Shown: one piece after another, positions 9,955-18,144 of the stretch
Position numbering within the stretch: position 1 is the first letter of the stretch
Layout of the letters: the number at the start of each line of letters is the position of its first letter
Source: Candidatus Kaiserbacteria bacterium
GTDB lineage: Bacteria; Patescibacteriota; Minisyncoccia; Phycocordibacterales; UBA2100
Direction: 5' to 3'
NCBI GenBank assembly: GCA_016432285.1
Contig: CP066682.1
Location: 602,274 to 666,273 of the forward strand
Length of the DNA: 64,000 bases
Notes under the pieces: generated by a model
The model's input: only the letters and a program-made list of their open reading frames with translations
Databases searched by the model: none
Told to the model about the DNA's origin: nothing
Position numbers and translations under genes: made by a program

Positions 9955-9975
9955 AGTGCGGATAAGTATAACTCT

Positions 9976-10197
9976 TTATTGCTCCGTTTTTTCGGCAATA
10001 CGCGCTCTTGCCCCAGCCACAATCTCCGGAATGACGGTGGCATCCCACGAGCCCTGGGCGAGCTTCTCCTCGTGGGCCTTGAGTTCTTCTTTCGTATACG
10101 CCCGCTGCACCATATGGAAATCATCCTCTGAACCGCTGAGGGCTTTTTTGAGGACTGGATATTCTATTTTTTTCTTTTCTTGAGTTTCAAAATTCAT
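9976..10197 (-). CDS. Small hypothetical protein (73 aa)
   Basis: ORF MNFETQEKKK..., charged helical composition. Confidence 0.5.
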   Translation of the reverse strand: MNFETQEKKKIEYPVLKKALSGSEDDFHMVQRAYTKEELKAHEEKLAQGSWDATVIPEIVAGARARIAEKTEQ

Positions 10198-10235
10198 ATG
10201 CGAGAGAAGTTGCAGGGACGGGTAATGAGTACGAA

Positions 10236-10439
10236 TTACTCGTCCCTGCGTTTTTCGATTTTCCGCCATGCTCCCATGAGCTCAAGCTCGAGCATGTCGG
10301 GATTGTGATCTGCGACGCCGTCCAGCCGTTGAAGCTCTTCGATCGTGCAGTGCGAGAGGAGGGTTTCAAGTTTCTCCTGCCGCTCCTTCAGTGCCCTCCG
10401 AAGCGACGGATAACCGTCGATCGGAAACTGAACCGACAT
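10236..10439 (-). CDS. Small hypothetical protein (67 aa)
   Basis: AAGGAG SD before ATG; MSVQFPIDGYP... Confidence 0.6.
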   Translation of the reverse strand: MSVQFPIDGYPSLRRALKERQEKLETLLSHCTIEELQRLDGVADHNPDMLELELMGAWRKIEKRRDE

Positions 10440-10518
10440 CGTCCATCTCCTTGTCGTTGTCGAGCAGTGCACGGGAGGGGTACGCAATACCTCACCCCTC
10501 CCGCTGCCAATGCCCGAA

Positions 10519-11550
10519 TTAGTTCCAGCAGATCTGTTTCTCAGGATAGCTGTCGATCTCCTGCTTGATCTGCTTCCTCACATTCCAGTAGAGATACTGC
10601 TCAGGCGGCCTCCAGCCGGAAGCCACCGCGCCGCTGAGGTCGTTGGTGAGACACGCTGCCGCACCGCCGCCGTCCCAGAACAAACGTGGGAGATTCAGCG
10701 GATGCACCTTGTAGCCATACTCCTTCAGGACCTTGGAGTAGTAGATCGACAGACCGTTCGGTGCGTACACGTGACCGTCGGGATCTTCCCGAATGTTGGT
10801 CGCGTAGCCGTAGCCATCTTTACTGGACACGCAGTGCAGTTGAGTCTGGCCCCTGTCACTCGTCGTCTCGGCGGAGACGAATTCCAGAAGTTGCTCGTAC
10901 GCGACGTCAGGATCCCAACCGCTGCCGTCTGCTTCCGCGAATGCGGAGCGGCAGACCACAACCAGCGGATCTCGAGTGGATAGCGACGCGAGAAGCGTAT
11001 CGAGATGAATGTGAGGCTCTTTCATCTTGATACGAACGACTGCGTGAGGATCGAGACCGAAGAGGTCGATGATCTCGTCGCAGGACGCTTCTTCGGCACG
11101 AACGCCATAGCCGAGAATGGCGAACGTCTTCTGCGGCGAGTGCCGCATGCACGACGATCCTTCCCACTTGCTCTTCGTTGAACCGGCGACCTTCAGACGA
11201 AGCTTCTTCTGAAGGAAGTGGCCGACGTATTCCGATTCATCGTGCCGGTGCGGGGCGCTATGGTTGGACAGCACGAAAGCTTTGAGCTTATCCGACCACG
11301 CGCCAGCATCCGCGGTATAGAGCTTGTCGAATGTCGTTTGCGGCTTTCTGCCGCAGGGCATGATGGCAAGATTTGCCTTGGAGGAGAGCTGATCGGCTGC
11401 GCCGAGCCACTCGTATCCTGCCTCACGAGGATTTGTGCCTCCGCGAAAGTTGTTGGCAACTACGCCGTATTCGGTGCCGTCCGCACGCCAACAATGTGGC
11501 GTGGGCGACATCAGGTAGGTAGGTCGCCTTGGATCGAATTTCTGTTTCAT
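10519..11550 (-). CDS. Pentein-fold hydrolase (DDAH/amidinotransferase/arginine deiminase superfamily), divergent; alternative GTG start 11625
   Basis: LYTADAG, HRHDE, WEG, IHLDT, YATN, GGGAAACLT with catalytic Cys. Confidence 0.8.
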   Translation of the reverse strand: MKQKFDPRRPTYLMSPTPHCWRADGTEYGVVANNFRGGTNPREAGYEWLGAADQLSSKANLAIMPCGRKPQTTFDKLYTADAGAWSDKLKAFVLSNHSAPHRHDESEYVGHFLQKKLRLKVAGSTKSKWEGSSCMRHSPQKTFAILGYGVRAEEASCDEIIDLFGLDPHAVVRIKMKEPHIHLDTLLASLSTRDPLVVVCRSAFAEADGSGWDPDVAYEQLLEFVSAETTSDRGQTQLHCVSSKDGYGYATNIREDPDGHVYAPNGLSIYYSKVLKEYGYKVHPLNLPRLFWDGGGAAACLTNDLSGAVASGWRPPEQYLYWNVRKQIKQEIDSYPEKQICWN

Positions 11551-11722
11551 TGCTGGCCTCTGCTTCTTGCGATGGTTGTTGGTGAATCCCGTCTGCCGTC
11601 CCGGCAAGGCGAGACAGTGGATCACGGTCCGTTGATTTCGGGCACTGTTTTGGTTGTACTCAAAGATCTTTTCACGGTCTCCTTCGTTGAGGCCGCTTTT
11701 GGAATGTTTGCGAACAAACGCT

Positions 11723-11782
11723 CTAAAGCAGTCTCAACAGAACTGCTTGTCGTCGAACCGAAAGACGTGCGAGAGTCGTCAT
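11723..11782 (-). other. Candidate Arg-sensing uORF MTTLARLSVRRQAVLLRLL
   Basis: ATG 1 nt after argG stop; CGA-CGA at 11755-11750; overlaps alternative hairpins. Confidence 0.4.
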
Positions 11783-11783
11783 A

Positions 11784-13049
11784 CTATTTTTTGCGCCTAT
11801 TTTTGCGTGCTATCTCATTTGCGATTTTCATCTGGAGCGTCGCCACTTCGATGAAGCCAGCCGACGCATTGACGTTGTACTTGTAGCCCTCCTTCACATT
11901 GAACGAAGCGTGGCCGAGCGCGTACGGCGAGTCGATCGCGACGACATTCGTGCTGCCCTTGAAAAGCTCCACTGTCACCTCCCCCTCCACCTTGGAGTTG
12001 ACCTCGTCGTTGAAGGCATTGATCGCATCCATGGCCGGGTCGTACCACTTGGCGCCGTAACAGAAGTAGCCCCACTTCACGTCGAGCTGCGATTTCACTT
12101 CGTTGAGATCGCGCGTGGATACGGCGCGCTCCAGCGCGCGGTGCGCCTCGATGATGATATGCGCGCCCGGCTGCTCGTACACGCCGCGGTCCTTGAGTCC
12201 AATCATGCGATCCTCGATCATGTAGACCACGCCGACGCCGTGCGCGCCGCCCGCGATATTGAGCTTCCTGATGATCTCGTGCAGCTCCATTTTTTTGCCG
12301 CCGAGCGAGACCGGCACGCCGCCTTTGAACTGGATTTTGACCAACGTCGATTTCGAAGGCGCGTTTTCTGGGCGCGTGTAGGTCGTGAGAAATTTCTTGA
12401 CCTGCGGGATCGACTTCGGGTTCTCCACCTCGCCGCCCTCCCACGTCATGCCCCACATATTGTCGTCCACCGAGTACGGGAAATCCTTTTTGACCGGCAC
12501 CGGGATCTTGTGCTTCAGGGCGTACGCGATCTCCTCCTTGCGGTCCATGTTCCACTCGCGCACGGGCGCAATGATTTTCATCGAGCTGTCGAGTGCGAGC
12601 ACGTAGCCGTCGAAGCGCACCTGGTCGTTGCCCTTCCCGGTACAGCCGTGAGCGATCACCTTGATGCCCTTCTGCTGCGCCACGCGCACACCTACCTTTG
12701 CGGTGAGCGCGCGCCCCAAGGGCGTGGAGAGGTGGTACTCGCCCTGATACGAGGCGTTGGCCTTGATGCCCTTGGCGATAAATTCGTCGGCAAATTCTTT
12801 CTTGGCGTCGTAGACGATCGCGTCCGCCGCGCCGAGTTTCAGCGCCTTCTTCCGGATGAAATCGAGGTCGTCCTGCTGCTGGCCGATGTCGAGCGTGAGG
12901 GCCGTCACCTTGGCACCGTAGCGATCTTGGAGCCACTTCAGCATCACCGAAGTGTCGAGACCGCCCGAATACAAAAGCAGCACCTTGTCGACATGGTCTT
13001 CCTTGACCTCGTACGAGGTTACTTTTTGATATGTCTGTGTTTTGTCCAT
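11784..13049 (-). CDS. argG: Argininosuccinate synthase
   Basis: LYSGGLDTS, AHGCTGKGNDQVRF, YSVDDNMWG, EDRMIGLKDRGVYEQP. Confidence 0.97.
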   Translation of the reverse strand: MDKTQTYQKVTSYEVKEDHVDKVLLLYSGGLDTSVMLKWLQDRYGAKVTALTLDIGQQQDDLDFIRKKALKLGAADAIVYDAKKEFADEFIAKGIKANASYQGEYHLSTPLGRALTAKVGVRVAQQKGIKVIAHGCTGKGNDQVRFDGYVLALDSSMKIIAPVREWNMDRKEEIAYALKHKIPVPVKKDFPYSVDDNMWGMTWEGGEVENPKSIPQVKKFLTTYTRPENAPSKSTLVKIQFKGGVPVSLGGKKMELHEIIRKLNIAGGAHGVGVVYMIEDRMIGLKDRGVYEQPGAHIIIEAHRALERAVSTRDLNEVKSQLDVKWGYFCYGAKWYDPAMDAINAFNDEVNSKVEGEVTVELFKGSTNVVAIDSPYALGHASFNVKEGYKYNVNASAGFIEVATLQMKIANEIARKNRRKK

Positions 13050-13093
13050 AATGATTTCTCGATTCGCACTACTGTACACAAATTTAGGAGGGT

Positions 13094-13142
13094 GAGAAGG
13101 GGGCGATGGGGATCGAACCGCTATGGTTGTCGCCCCCTTCTC
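13094..13142. other. 13-bp stem-loop between the 54-aa ORF and argG (no U-tract on the minus strand)
   Basis: GAGAAGGGGGCGA...TCGCCCCCTTCTC. Confidence 0.7.
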
Positions 13143-13164
13143 CGCGAGCTTCAGGCTTTCGCCT

Positions 13165-13329
13165 TCAGCCCGCATTCTCGACGAGTTTCTGGCCGAACTT
13201 GGCCTTCTCGACTTCCGAGGGCTTGAGCTTCGCGAACACATCGCGAACCGCATCCCCGAGATTCTTGTTGTCCGGATCAACGCGGACGCGTTGATCATGG
13301 ACAGTGAAGTCGTTCTTTGCTTCCGCCAT
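13165..13329 (-). CDS. Small hypothetical protein (54 aa), absent from the ORF track
   Basis: GAGGAG SD; MAEAKNDFTVHDQRVRVDPDNKNLGDAVRDVFAKLKPSEVEKAKFGQKLVENAG. Confidence 0.7.
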   Translation of the reverse strand: MAEAKNDFTVHDQRVRVDPDNKNLGDAVRDVFAKLKPSEVEKAKFGQKLVENAG

Positions 13330-13406
13330 TGCCTGCTCCTCTCTCGTTTAGACGTGGCTCACAGCGAACGAGTATTCGCTCCGAGCCGCGCCCAAACCTT
13401 TGTGTG

Positions 13407-13437
13407 CAAAGAACAACCGGCCTTGAGGCCGGTTGTT
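13407..13437 (-). terminator. Attenuator terminator upstream of the arg cluster
   Basis: AACAACCGGCCT-CA-AGGCCGGTTGTT then CTTTG; its 5' arm is shared with a 24-nt antiterminator. Confidence 0.8.
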
Positions 13438-13472
13438 TGAGTTTATGGAGAGATAAACGCAAGCAAGCAGCC

Positions 13473-13535
13473 TCAAAGGGAGCCGGCTCGTCGTCGGAGT
13501 TGAATCGCCGATATAAGGTTGGCAATCCGAGTCAT
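13473..13535 (-). CDS. Arginine attenuator leader peptide MTRIANLISAIQLRRRAGSL
   Basis: Three tandem CGA codons (13496-13488); stop overlaps the antiterminator arm; TTGACG-16-TAAAGT-6-ATG. Confidence 0.75.
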   Translation of the reverse strand: MTRIANLISAIQLRRRAGSL

Positions 13536-13541
13536 GCGGAC

Positions 13542-13569
13542 ACTTTACACTTCGCCACAATTTCGTCAA
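13542..13569 (-). promoter_or_regulatory. Promoter of the arg leader (leaderless)
   Basis: TTGACG (13569-13564), 16 nt, TAAAGT (13547-13542). Confidence 0.7.
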
Positions 13570-13655
13570 GGGATATGTCCGCCTGGGGTGCACAAACAGT
13601 CCGACCCAACGCGCAGCGTAGGGTCGGTAAGTATTTTCACGTCATAGGTGAACTA

Positions 13656-14489
13656 TTATGGAACTTTTTTCAGAACGATGAACCACTCCCAAACGCGCGA
13701 CCCACCCCCTGGCACGGGACGGATAAAAACGTGGCACTCGCCGTAGCGAGGGATGAAGTAGACCACGCTCGGGAAGAATCCCTGCGTGTTCAGTTGTCCT
13801 GCAAGTACGCACGGGCCCAGATTGTCCACGATCGGACTCTTGAGGACCATGAGCACATCAAGACCTTCTTTCGGTGTCGCAACTTCGGCGCTTCTTTCCG
13901 AGCACCATTTCAGGAGTTCGTCTCGGGATAATCGCCGCCGAAAACGTACTGCCGTAGCCGTGAAGCGTTGTGTGCCTTTCCGATGATCTGGGAACTCGAT
14001 ATCAAAAGCCGACTCGGGGTCTCCCAGAATGAGTCGCAAGCGCTCTATCCGCTTAAGTTTCGAGGAGATCGATTCATCGTAGTCGATCACGTACTCCCCG
14101 AGTGCGATCTCAATGGGCGGACCGGGCTCGTTCAGCAGATCCATATATTCAGACTGAAGTAGGTTGCCGTCGTCGTCGTATGAGAGATCGAACCTCTTGC
14201 GGCATGATTTGCACACTGCATGCACCTCAGTGCTGACCGAGTCCGCATGAAAACGGAACTCGAACGGATGCGTGAACAAGAGCGCACGATCATTAGCCCG
14301 TCGACATGTCTTGAAGTGCTCTTTTGCAAGTTTTTCGAGCACAGTCATTTGTATCGCGTCGACGTGGAAGGTTTGCGGTTGCTTCCAGCCATGATTCGCC
14401 TCGGAGCCAAGTTGCTGAAAGGCGCGGTCCAGAGGGTCATGTTGGCCTTTTAGCGTGTATACATTGTCTTCAGTGCCATTCTCGGTCAT
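13656..14489 (-). CDS. Hypothetical protein with CxxC
   Basis: 277-aa ORF, GGAG SD, HFKTC...VCKSC. Confidence 0.6.
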   Translation of the reverse strand: MTENGTEDNVYTLKGQHDPLDRAFQQLGSEANHGWKQPQTFHVDAIQMTVLEKLAKEHFKTCRRANDRALLFTHPFEFRFHADSVSTEVHAVCKSCRKRFDLSYDDDGNLLQSEYMDLLNEPGPPIEIALGEYVIDYDESISSKLKRIERLRLILGDPESAFDIEFPDHRKGTQRFTATAVRFRRRLSRDELLKWCSERSAEVATPKEGLDVLMVLKSPIVDNLGPCVLAGQLNTQGFFPSVVYFIPRYGECHVFIRPVPGGGSRVWEWFIVLKKVP

Positions 14490-14722
14490 CTTCGTTCTCC
14501 ATATTGTCGCTTAGCTCAGCGACCCTTCGAAAGTCTAGTACAGAAAGACCGGCATCGAAAGGACCGAGCAGACGTGCTTCAAGAGACCAGCCCTCCCATT
14601 GGCAAAAAAATGTGCTGGACGGGGGCTTCATTAACGCGGTATGCTCATTCTTGGCCGTGCTGTTCTTTGTCATCAAGGAAGAGCGCAGCCACACCCAAAC
14701 TCACACGAAAGGAGTACAGACC

Positions 14723-15823
14723 ATGAAGGTCTGGAACGCTACCGAAAAGAGCGCCTCCCGGCAAGCGATTGCTGCCCTGGAGGGCGGAATTGGAATCTCG
14801 ACCGTCATGCAGGTTGATGGTGACGGGGGCTTTCGCATGTCACAGAATGGCCCCGGTATCTTCGAAATCACCTGCGAATCCACGTTGCCTCCGCTCGTTC
14901 TGACCGGCGGCATCCATGGCGACGAGAAGGCGGGGATCTCGATTCTCGACAGCCTGATCGACGACATCGTCAGCGGCAATCAGCGCGTCAAGCGCAGCGT
15001 GCTGCTGATGTTCGGAAATCTCCGTGCGATGCAGACCAACGGCTTCAAGGGTTGTCGCTGCATCGAAGACGAGGTCGGCGAGACCTCCAACCTCAATCGC
15101 TGCTTCGGCAGGGGCTACTTCGAAACCCCGCGCTGCTACGGCGAGCATCGGGCCAACGAAATGATGCGTGCTGTTGAAGACTTTGCGGACACCCATGGGT
15201 GCCCCGAAGTCATCGACATCCACCAGAGCTTCGCGGTGCCCACGCTTCGTGATGTGCGCGGCGGCGTCGCCGACCGGAGCGATTACACGTACGCAATGCT
15301 CTACCCGGTCGAGGACGATCTCGCGTCTGCTCTTGGCTGGATCCATGAGCAGTACAGCGACATCGTCGCAGGCGCCGTGGTCAACGACATGCAGCTCCGG
15401 CACCATACGTTTGCCGGCTACATGGCGTCGACATTCGGCTCTCGGGCGGCGACCTTCGAGCAGGGCAACATCGGGTACGTTGATCACTCGACGTTTACCC
15501 CCCAGCTCGAAGACAACCTCTCTCGCAAGATTGCGGGCGAGACGAAGCTCGACAAGATGGAAGGCTTCGACGTGTGGAGGTATCTTCGTCAAATCCGCAA
15601 GGAGACGAAGGACTTCACCTTCATCGACGACGAGGGCAACCGCACCAACGCCCCCCTCGACTTCCTTCCGTTGCCGGCCGGTCGCATCGCGCGGGACGGC
15701 CACCGGGAGCACGAGCTTCGGATGGGCGAGAGACTGCTCTTCGCCAACTCGACGGTCCCGATCGGGGACCGCGCGGCGGCAGTCATCGAACGGCTGCACA
15801 CGGACCTCGTGCCCGCTCCTTGA
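14723..15823 (+). CDS. Succinylglutamate desuccinylase/aspartoacylase-family (M14) zinc hydrolase
   Basis: GGIHGDEKAG, NLNRCF, IDIHQS, FEQG; AAGGAG SD. Confidence 0.82.
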   Translation: MKVWNATEKSASRQAIAALEGGIGISTVMQVDGDGGFRMSQNGPGIFEITCESTLPPLVLTGGIHGDEKAGISILDSLIDDIVSGNQRVKRSVLLMFGNLRAMQTNGFKGCRCIEDEVGETSNLNRCFGRGYFETPRCYGEHRANEMMRAVEDFADTHGCPEVIDIHQSFAVPTLRDVRGGVADRSDYTYAMLYPVEDDLASALGWIHEQYSDIVAGAVVNDMQLRHHTFAGYMASTFGSRAATFEQGNIGYVDHSTFTPQLEDNLSRKIAGETKLDKMEGFDVWRYLRQIRKETKDFTFIDDEGNRTNAPLDFLPLPAGRIARDGHREHELRMGERLLFANSTVPIGDRAAAVIERLHTDLVPAP

Positions 15824-15898
15824 TAACAGCACGAGACAAAGACTTCGCAGCGCGGAGGGTGAAATATCTCTCCGCCTGTTTTTTTGAGTTGAATATCC

Positions 15899-15929
15899 AA
15901 AAAAGGAAAGGCCCGCGCGTACGCGGGCC
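15899..15929 (-). terminator. Terminator after hisIE
   Basis: GGCCCGCG/CGCGGGCC stem followed on the minus strand by TTTCCTTTTTT. Confidence 0.7.
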
Positions 15930-15936
15930 CCGTGCC

Positions 15937-16707
15937 TCACTTTTTCTTTCGCGAGGCTTTTTCTTTAATGCCGGATTTCCCCTGCCGCTTTAAGAGTTCC
16001 GTCTCGACCATCGAGAGCGAGAGGCCGCTCGCGATGAGAAGAACCAGCAGGTGGTAGAGGAGATCAGCCGATTCGGCAATCAGCCGATCGGAAGTCTCGT
16101 GCGAAGCGGCCGCCATCACCTCCATGCCTTCCTCGCCTACCTTCTTCGCACAGTGCCTCACGCCCTTCGCGAGCAGTTGGCACGTGTACGATTCTTTAGA
16201 CGAGGTCTTCGCGCGCTTGCGGAGACGATGCTCGAGTTGCGAGAGATCCCACGTGACGTAGCCCCCGTTCTGCGGCGGCCCCAGTCGCGCGAGTCTCATA
16301 AACTTCTCGTTCACCTCCGCATTCACCGTCTGAAGCGCTTCCGCCTCGCCGGCTTTCGGCGCAGGAATGCCAAGATCGCGCCGGAGTGCCGAGCGATAGA
16401 AGCATGTCCGAGCGCCAGTGTGGCAGGCCACCCCTTCGCCTTTTTGCACGACGATATACACGACAGCGTCGCCATCGCAATCGATTTTGACGTCGATCAC
16501 CTCCATGACGTTGCCGCTTTCTTCCCCCTTCATCCAGATCTTCTTTCTCGAAGTAGAGAAGAAGTGGGCCTTGCCGGTCGCGAGCGTGAGGAGATATGCG
16601 ACCCGATCGACGTAAGCGATCATGAGGATTTCCTTCGTGATGCCATCCTGCACCGCCGCGGGTATGATTCCTCCTCGTTTCTCGAACTTTGGCATGTAGA
16701 TTTTCAT
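15937..16707 (-). CDS. hisIE: Bifunctional PR-AMP cyclohydrolase / PR-ATP pyrophosphatase
   Basis: SRKKIWMKGEESGN, DCDGD, ACHTGARTCF; SYTCQLL, KKVGEE, ESADLLYH. Confidence 0.95.
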   Translation of the reverse strand: MKIYMPKFEKRGGIIPAAVQDGITKEILMIAYVDRVAYLLTLATGKAHFFSTSRKKIWMKGEESGNVMEVIDVKIDCDGDAVVYIVVQKGEGVACHTGARTCFYRSALRRDLGIPAPKAGEAEALQTVNAEVNEKFMRLARLGPPQNGGYVTWDLSQLEHRLRKRAKTSSKESYTCQLLAKGVRHCAKKVGEEGMEVMAAASHETSDRLIAESADLLYHLLVLLIASGLSLSMVETELLKRQGKSGIKEKASRKKK

Positions 16708-16788
16708 GGGATTCCTCCGTGTGGCTTCCGAGACGACGTCTCGGCAGCTCGGTGAGTGGTGTCCAGCGGGGAGAGTCCCCGCCGGATA

Positions 16789-17697
16789 TCAGATGATGGA
16801 ATGCGCATCCAGCTCGACGATGCCCGTTGCTCCAGCCTTCAAAAGCCGGAGCTTCAGAGCGGCGAGCCCTTCGAGCGGAACCACCGACGAGACGGCGTAA
16901 TCGCCGTTCGCCAAGCTCTGCATGGTGGGGCTCTCGATCGAGGGCAGGATCCGCACAATCTCGTCCAGCTTCTCACTCGGGACGTTCATCGTGAGGTAGC
17001 GCTTGTCGCGCGCCTCGATGGCCCCGAGCAGCAGCTTCGCGAGAAAGTCGACCGCCTCTTTCGCCTCCGGATTCGCGTACATCGCCCTATTGGCGATGAG
17101 AACGGTTTCAGACCGGAAGACAGTCGCAAGCTCCACGAGTCCGTTGACCTTGAGACTCGTCCCAGTTTCCACGAGCACGAGGCAGTAGTCGTACACGCCC
17201 GCAGCGACGAGCGATTCTGCACCGCCCGCGCACTTCAGGATCTTCGCCTTGATGCCCTGCTTCCGGCACCAGCGGCGCGCCGCTTTCGGATATTCGGCGA
17301 GAATGGTTTTCCCGCCGCGCCGCAAATCCTTGAGCGAAGGGCCGTTTCGTCTTCCGACGATCACGCCGCGGGTTCCGCCGTTGCTTGCCTTGCTGTATGC
17401 GAGGTTCGCAACGATCTTGAGGGACTTCCGTAATCCAGACTCGATGACTTGATCGAGCCCGGTGATCGCGGCGAGGATCACGCCGCTCTGCACATGCTCC
17501 GGTATCTCCGATGCCTTGAGCCGGAGGCACTGATCGAAGCCCGGCAGATCCTTGAACGTGCCGATGCAGGAGCGTGGATGAGAAAACTTCGGCCGGATGT
17601 TTGCTTTGCCGAAGATGTCCGTCGTCGGCTCCTCGATATTCTTGCCGCTCGGCCACCCGAATGTGCGCTTGGGATTGAGACGATTTCGCTTGGCCAT
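16789..17697 (-). CDS. hisG: ATP phosphoribosyltransferase, long form, divergent
   Basis: EIPEHVQSG, ITGLD, VETGTSLKVNGL, C-terminal regulatory domain LPSIESPT...LLKAGATGI; GAGGAGG SD. Confidence 0.88.
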   Translation of the reverse strand: MAKRNRLNPKRTFGWPSGKNIEEPTTDIFGKANIRPKFSHPRSCIGTFKDLPGFDQCLRLKASEIPEHVQSGVILAAITGLDQVIESGLRKSLKIVANLAYSKASNGGTRGVIVGRRNGPSLKDLRRGGKTILAEYPKAARRWCRKQGIKAKILKCAGGAESLVAAGVYDYCLVLVETGTSLKVNGLVELATVFRSETVLIANRAMYANPEAKEAVDFLAKLLLGAIEARDKRYLTMNVPSEKLDEIVRILPSIESPTMQSLANGDYAVSSVVPLEGLAALKLRLLKAGATGIVELDAHSII

Positions 17698-17775
17698 GGG
17701 TATGACCTCCTCTTTTGTGTCGCGTGCGTGCGCGATCGATGTGAATGTGCACTCTCGCAAGCCTCGGGTTTACGC

Positions 17776-17800
17776 AAAAACCCCCTCGCGAGAGGGGGCT
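17776..17800 (-). terminator. Attenuator-type terminator between hisR-like gene and hisG
   Basis: AGCCCCCTC-TCGC-GAGGGGGTTTTT. Confidence 0.8.
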
Positions 17801-17830
17801 GGTTTGAAAAATGATGCAGACACTATCAAC

Positions 17831-18139
17831 TCAACCCCCTCGTGCGATGGGAATCGAGCGCCCGTGCAAACGGTTGATGACCGCACGGTAGCCGCCCTGC
17901 CGGCCCTTCAGCCACTTTGAGACACGTGCGACGGTGGTGGAAGAGAGGCCCGTCGTTTCCTCGATGCGGGAATACGGCTCGCCTACAGCGAGCATTTCGG
18001 CCGCCCGGAAGCGCTTTGCGAACTCCTCGATCTCACCCTCCGTCATCAGATCCCGGAGAAAACGGCGCCCCTCAGACGGGTTTTTGAGCACCAAAAGGGC
18101 TCGGACAAGGCGGACTATTTCGGGCTTATTCCAGTTCAT
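17831..18139 (-). CDS. TrpR-like YerC/YecD (HisR-like) repressor
   Basis: FLRDLMTEGEI, YSRIEETTGLSSTTVARVSKWL..GGY; lies upstream of his genes. Confidence 0.92.
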   Translation of the reverse strand: MNWNKPEIVRLVRALLVLKNPSEGRRFLRDLMTEGEIEEFAKRFRAAEMLAVGEPYSRIEETTGLSSTTVARVSKWLKGRQGGYRAVINRLHGRSIPIARGG

Positions 18140-18144
18140 AGCAC

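Noticed and set aside
9955-10048. N-terminal extension of argH from ATG 10048
   Set aside because: Overlaps the upstream ORF, is non-homologous, and spans the putative -10 box
13541-13547. CACTTTA as a HisR site at the arg leader
   Set aside because: Half-site only; explained by the -10 hexamer TAAAGT
17108-17752. His-rich GTG ORF (MHIHIDRARTRHKRGGHTHG...) overlapping the hisG start as a leader peptide
   Set aside because: It lies downstream of the terminator, has no SD, runs 214 codons out of frame inside hisG, and the CACAT-rich sequence gives His in a second frame too
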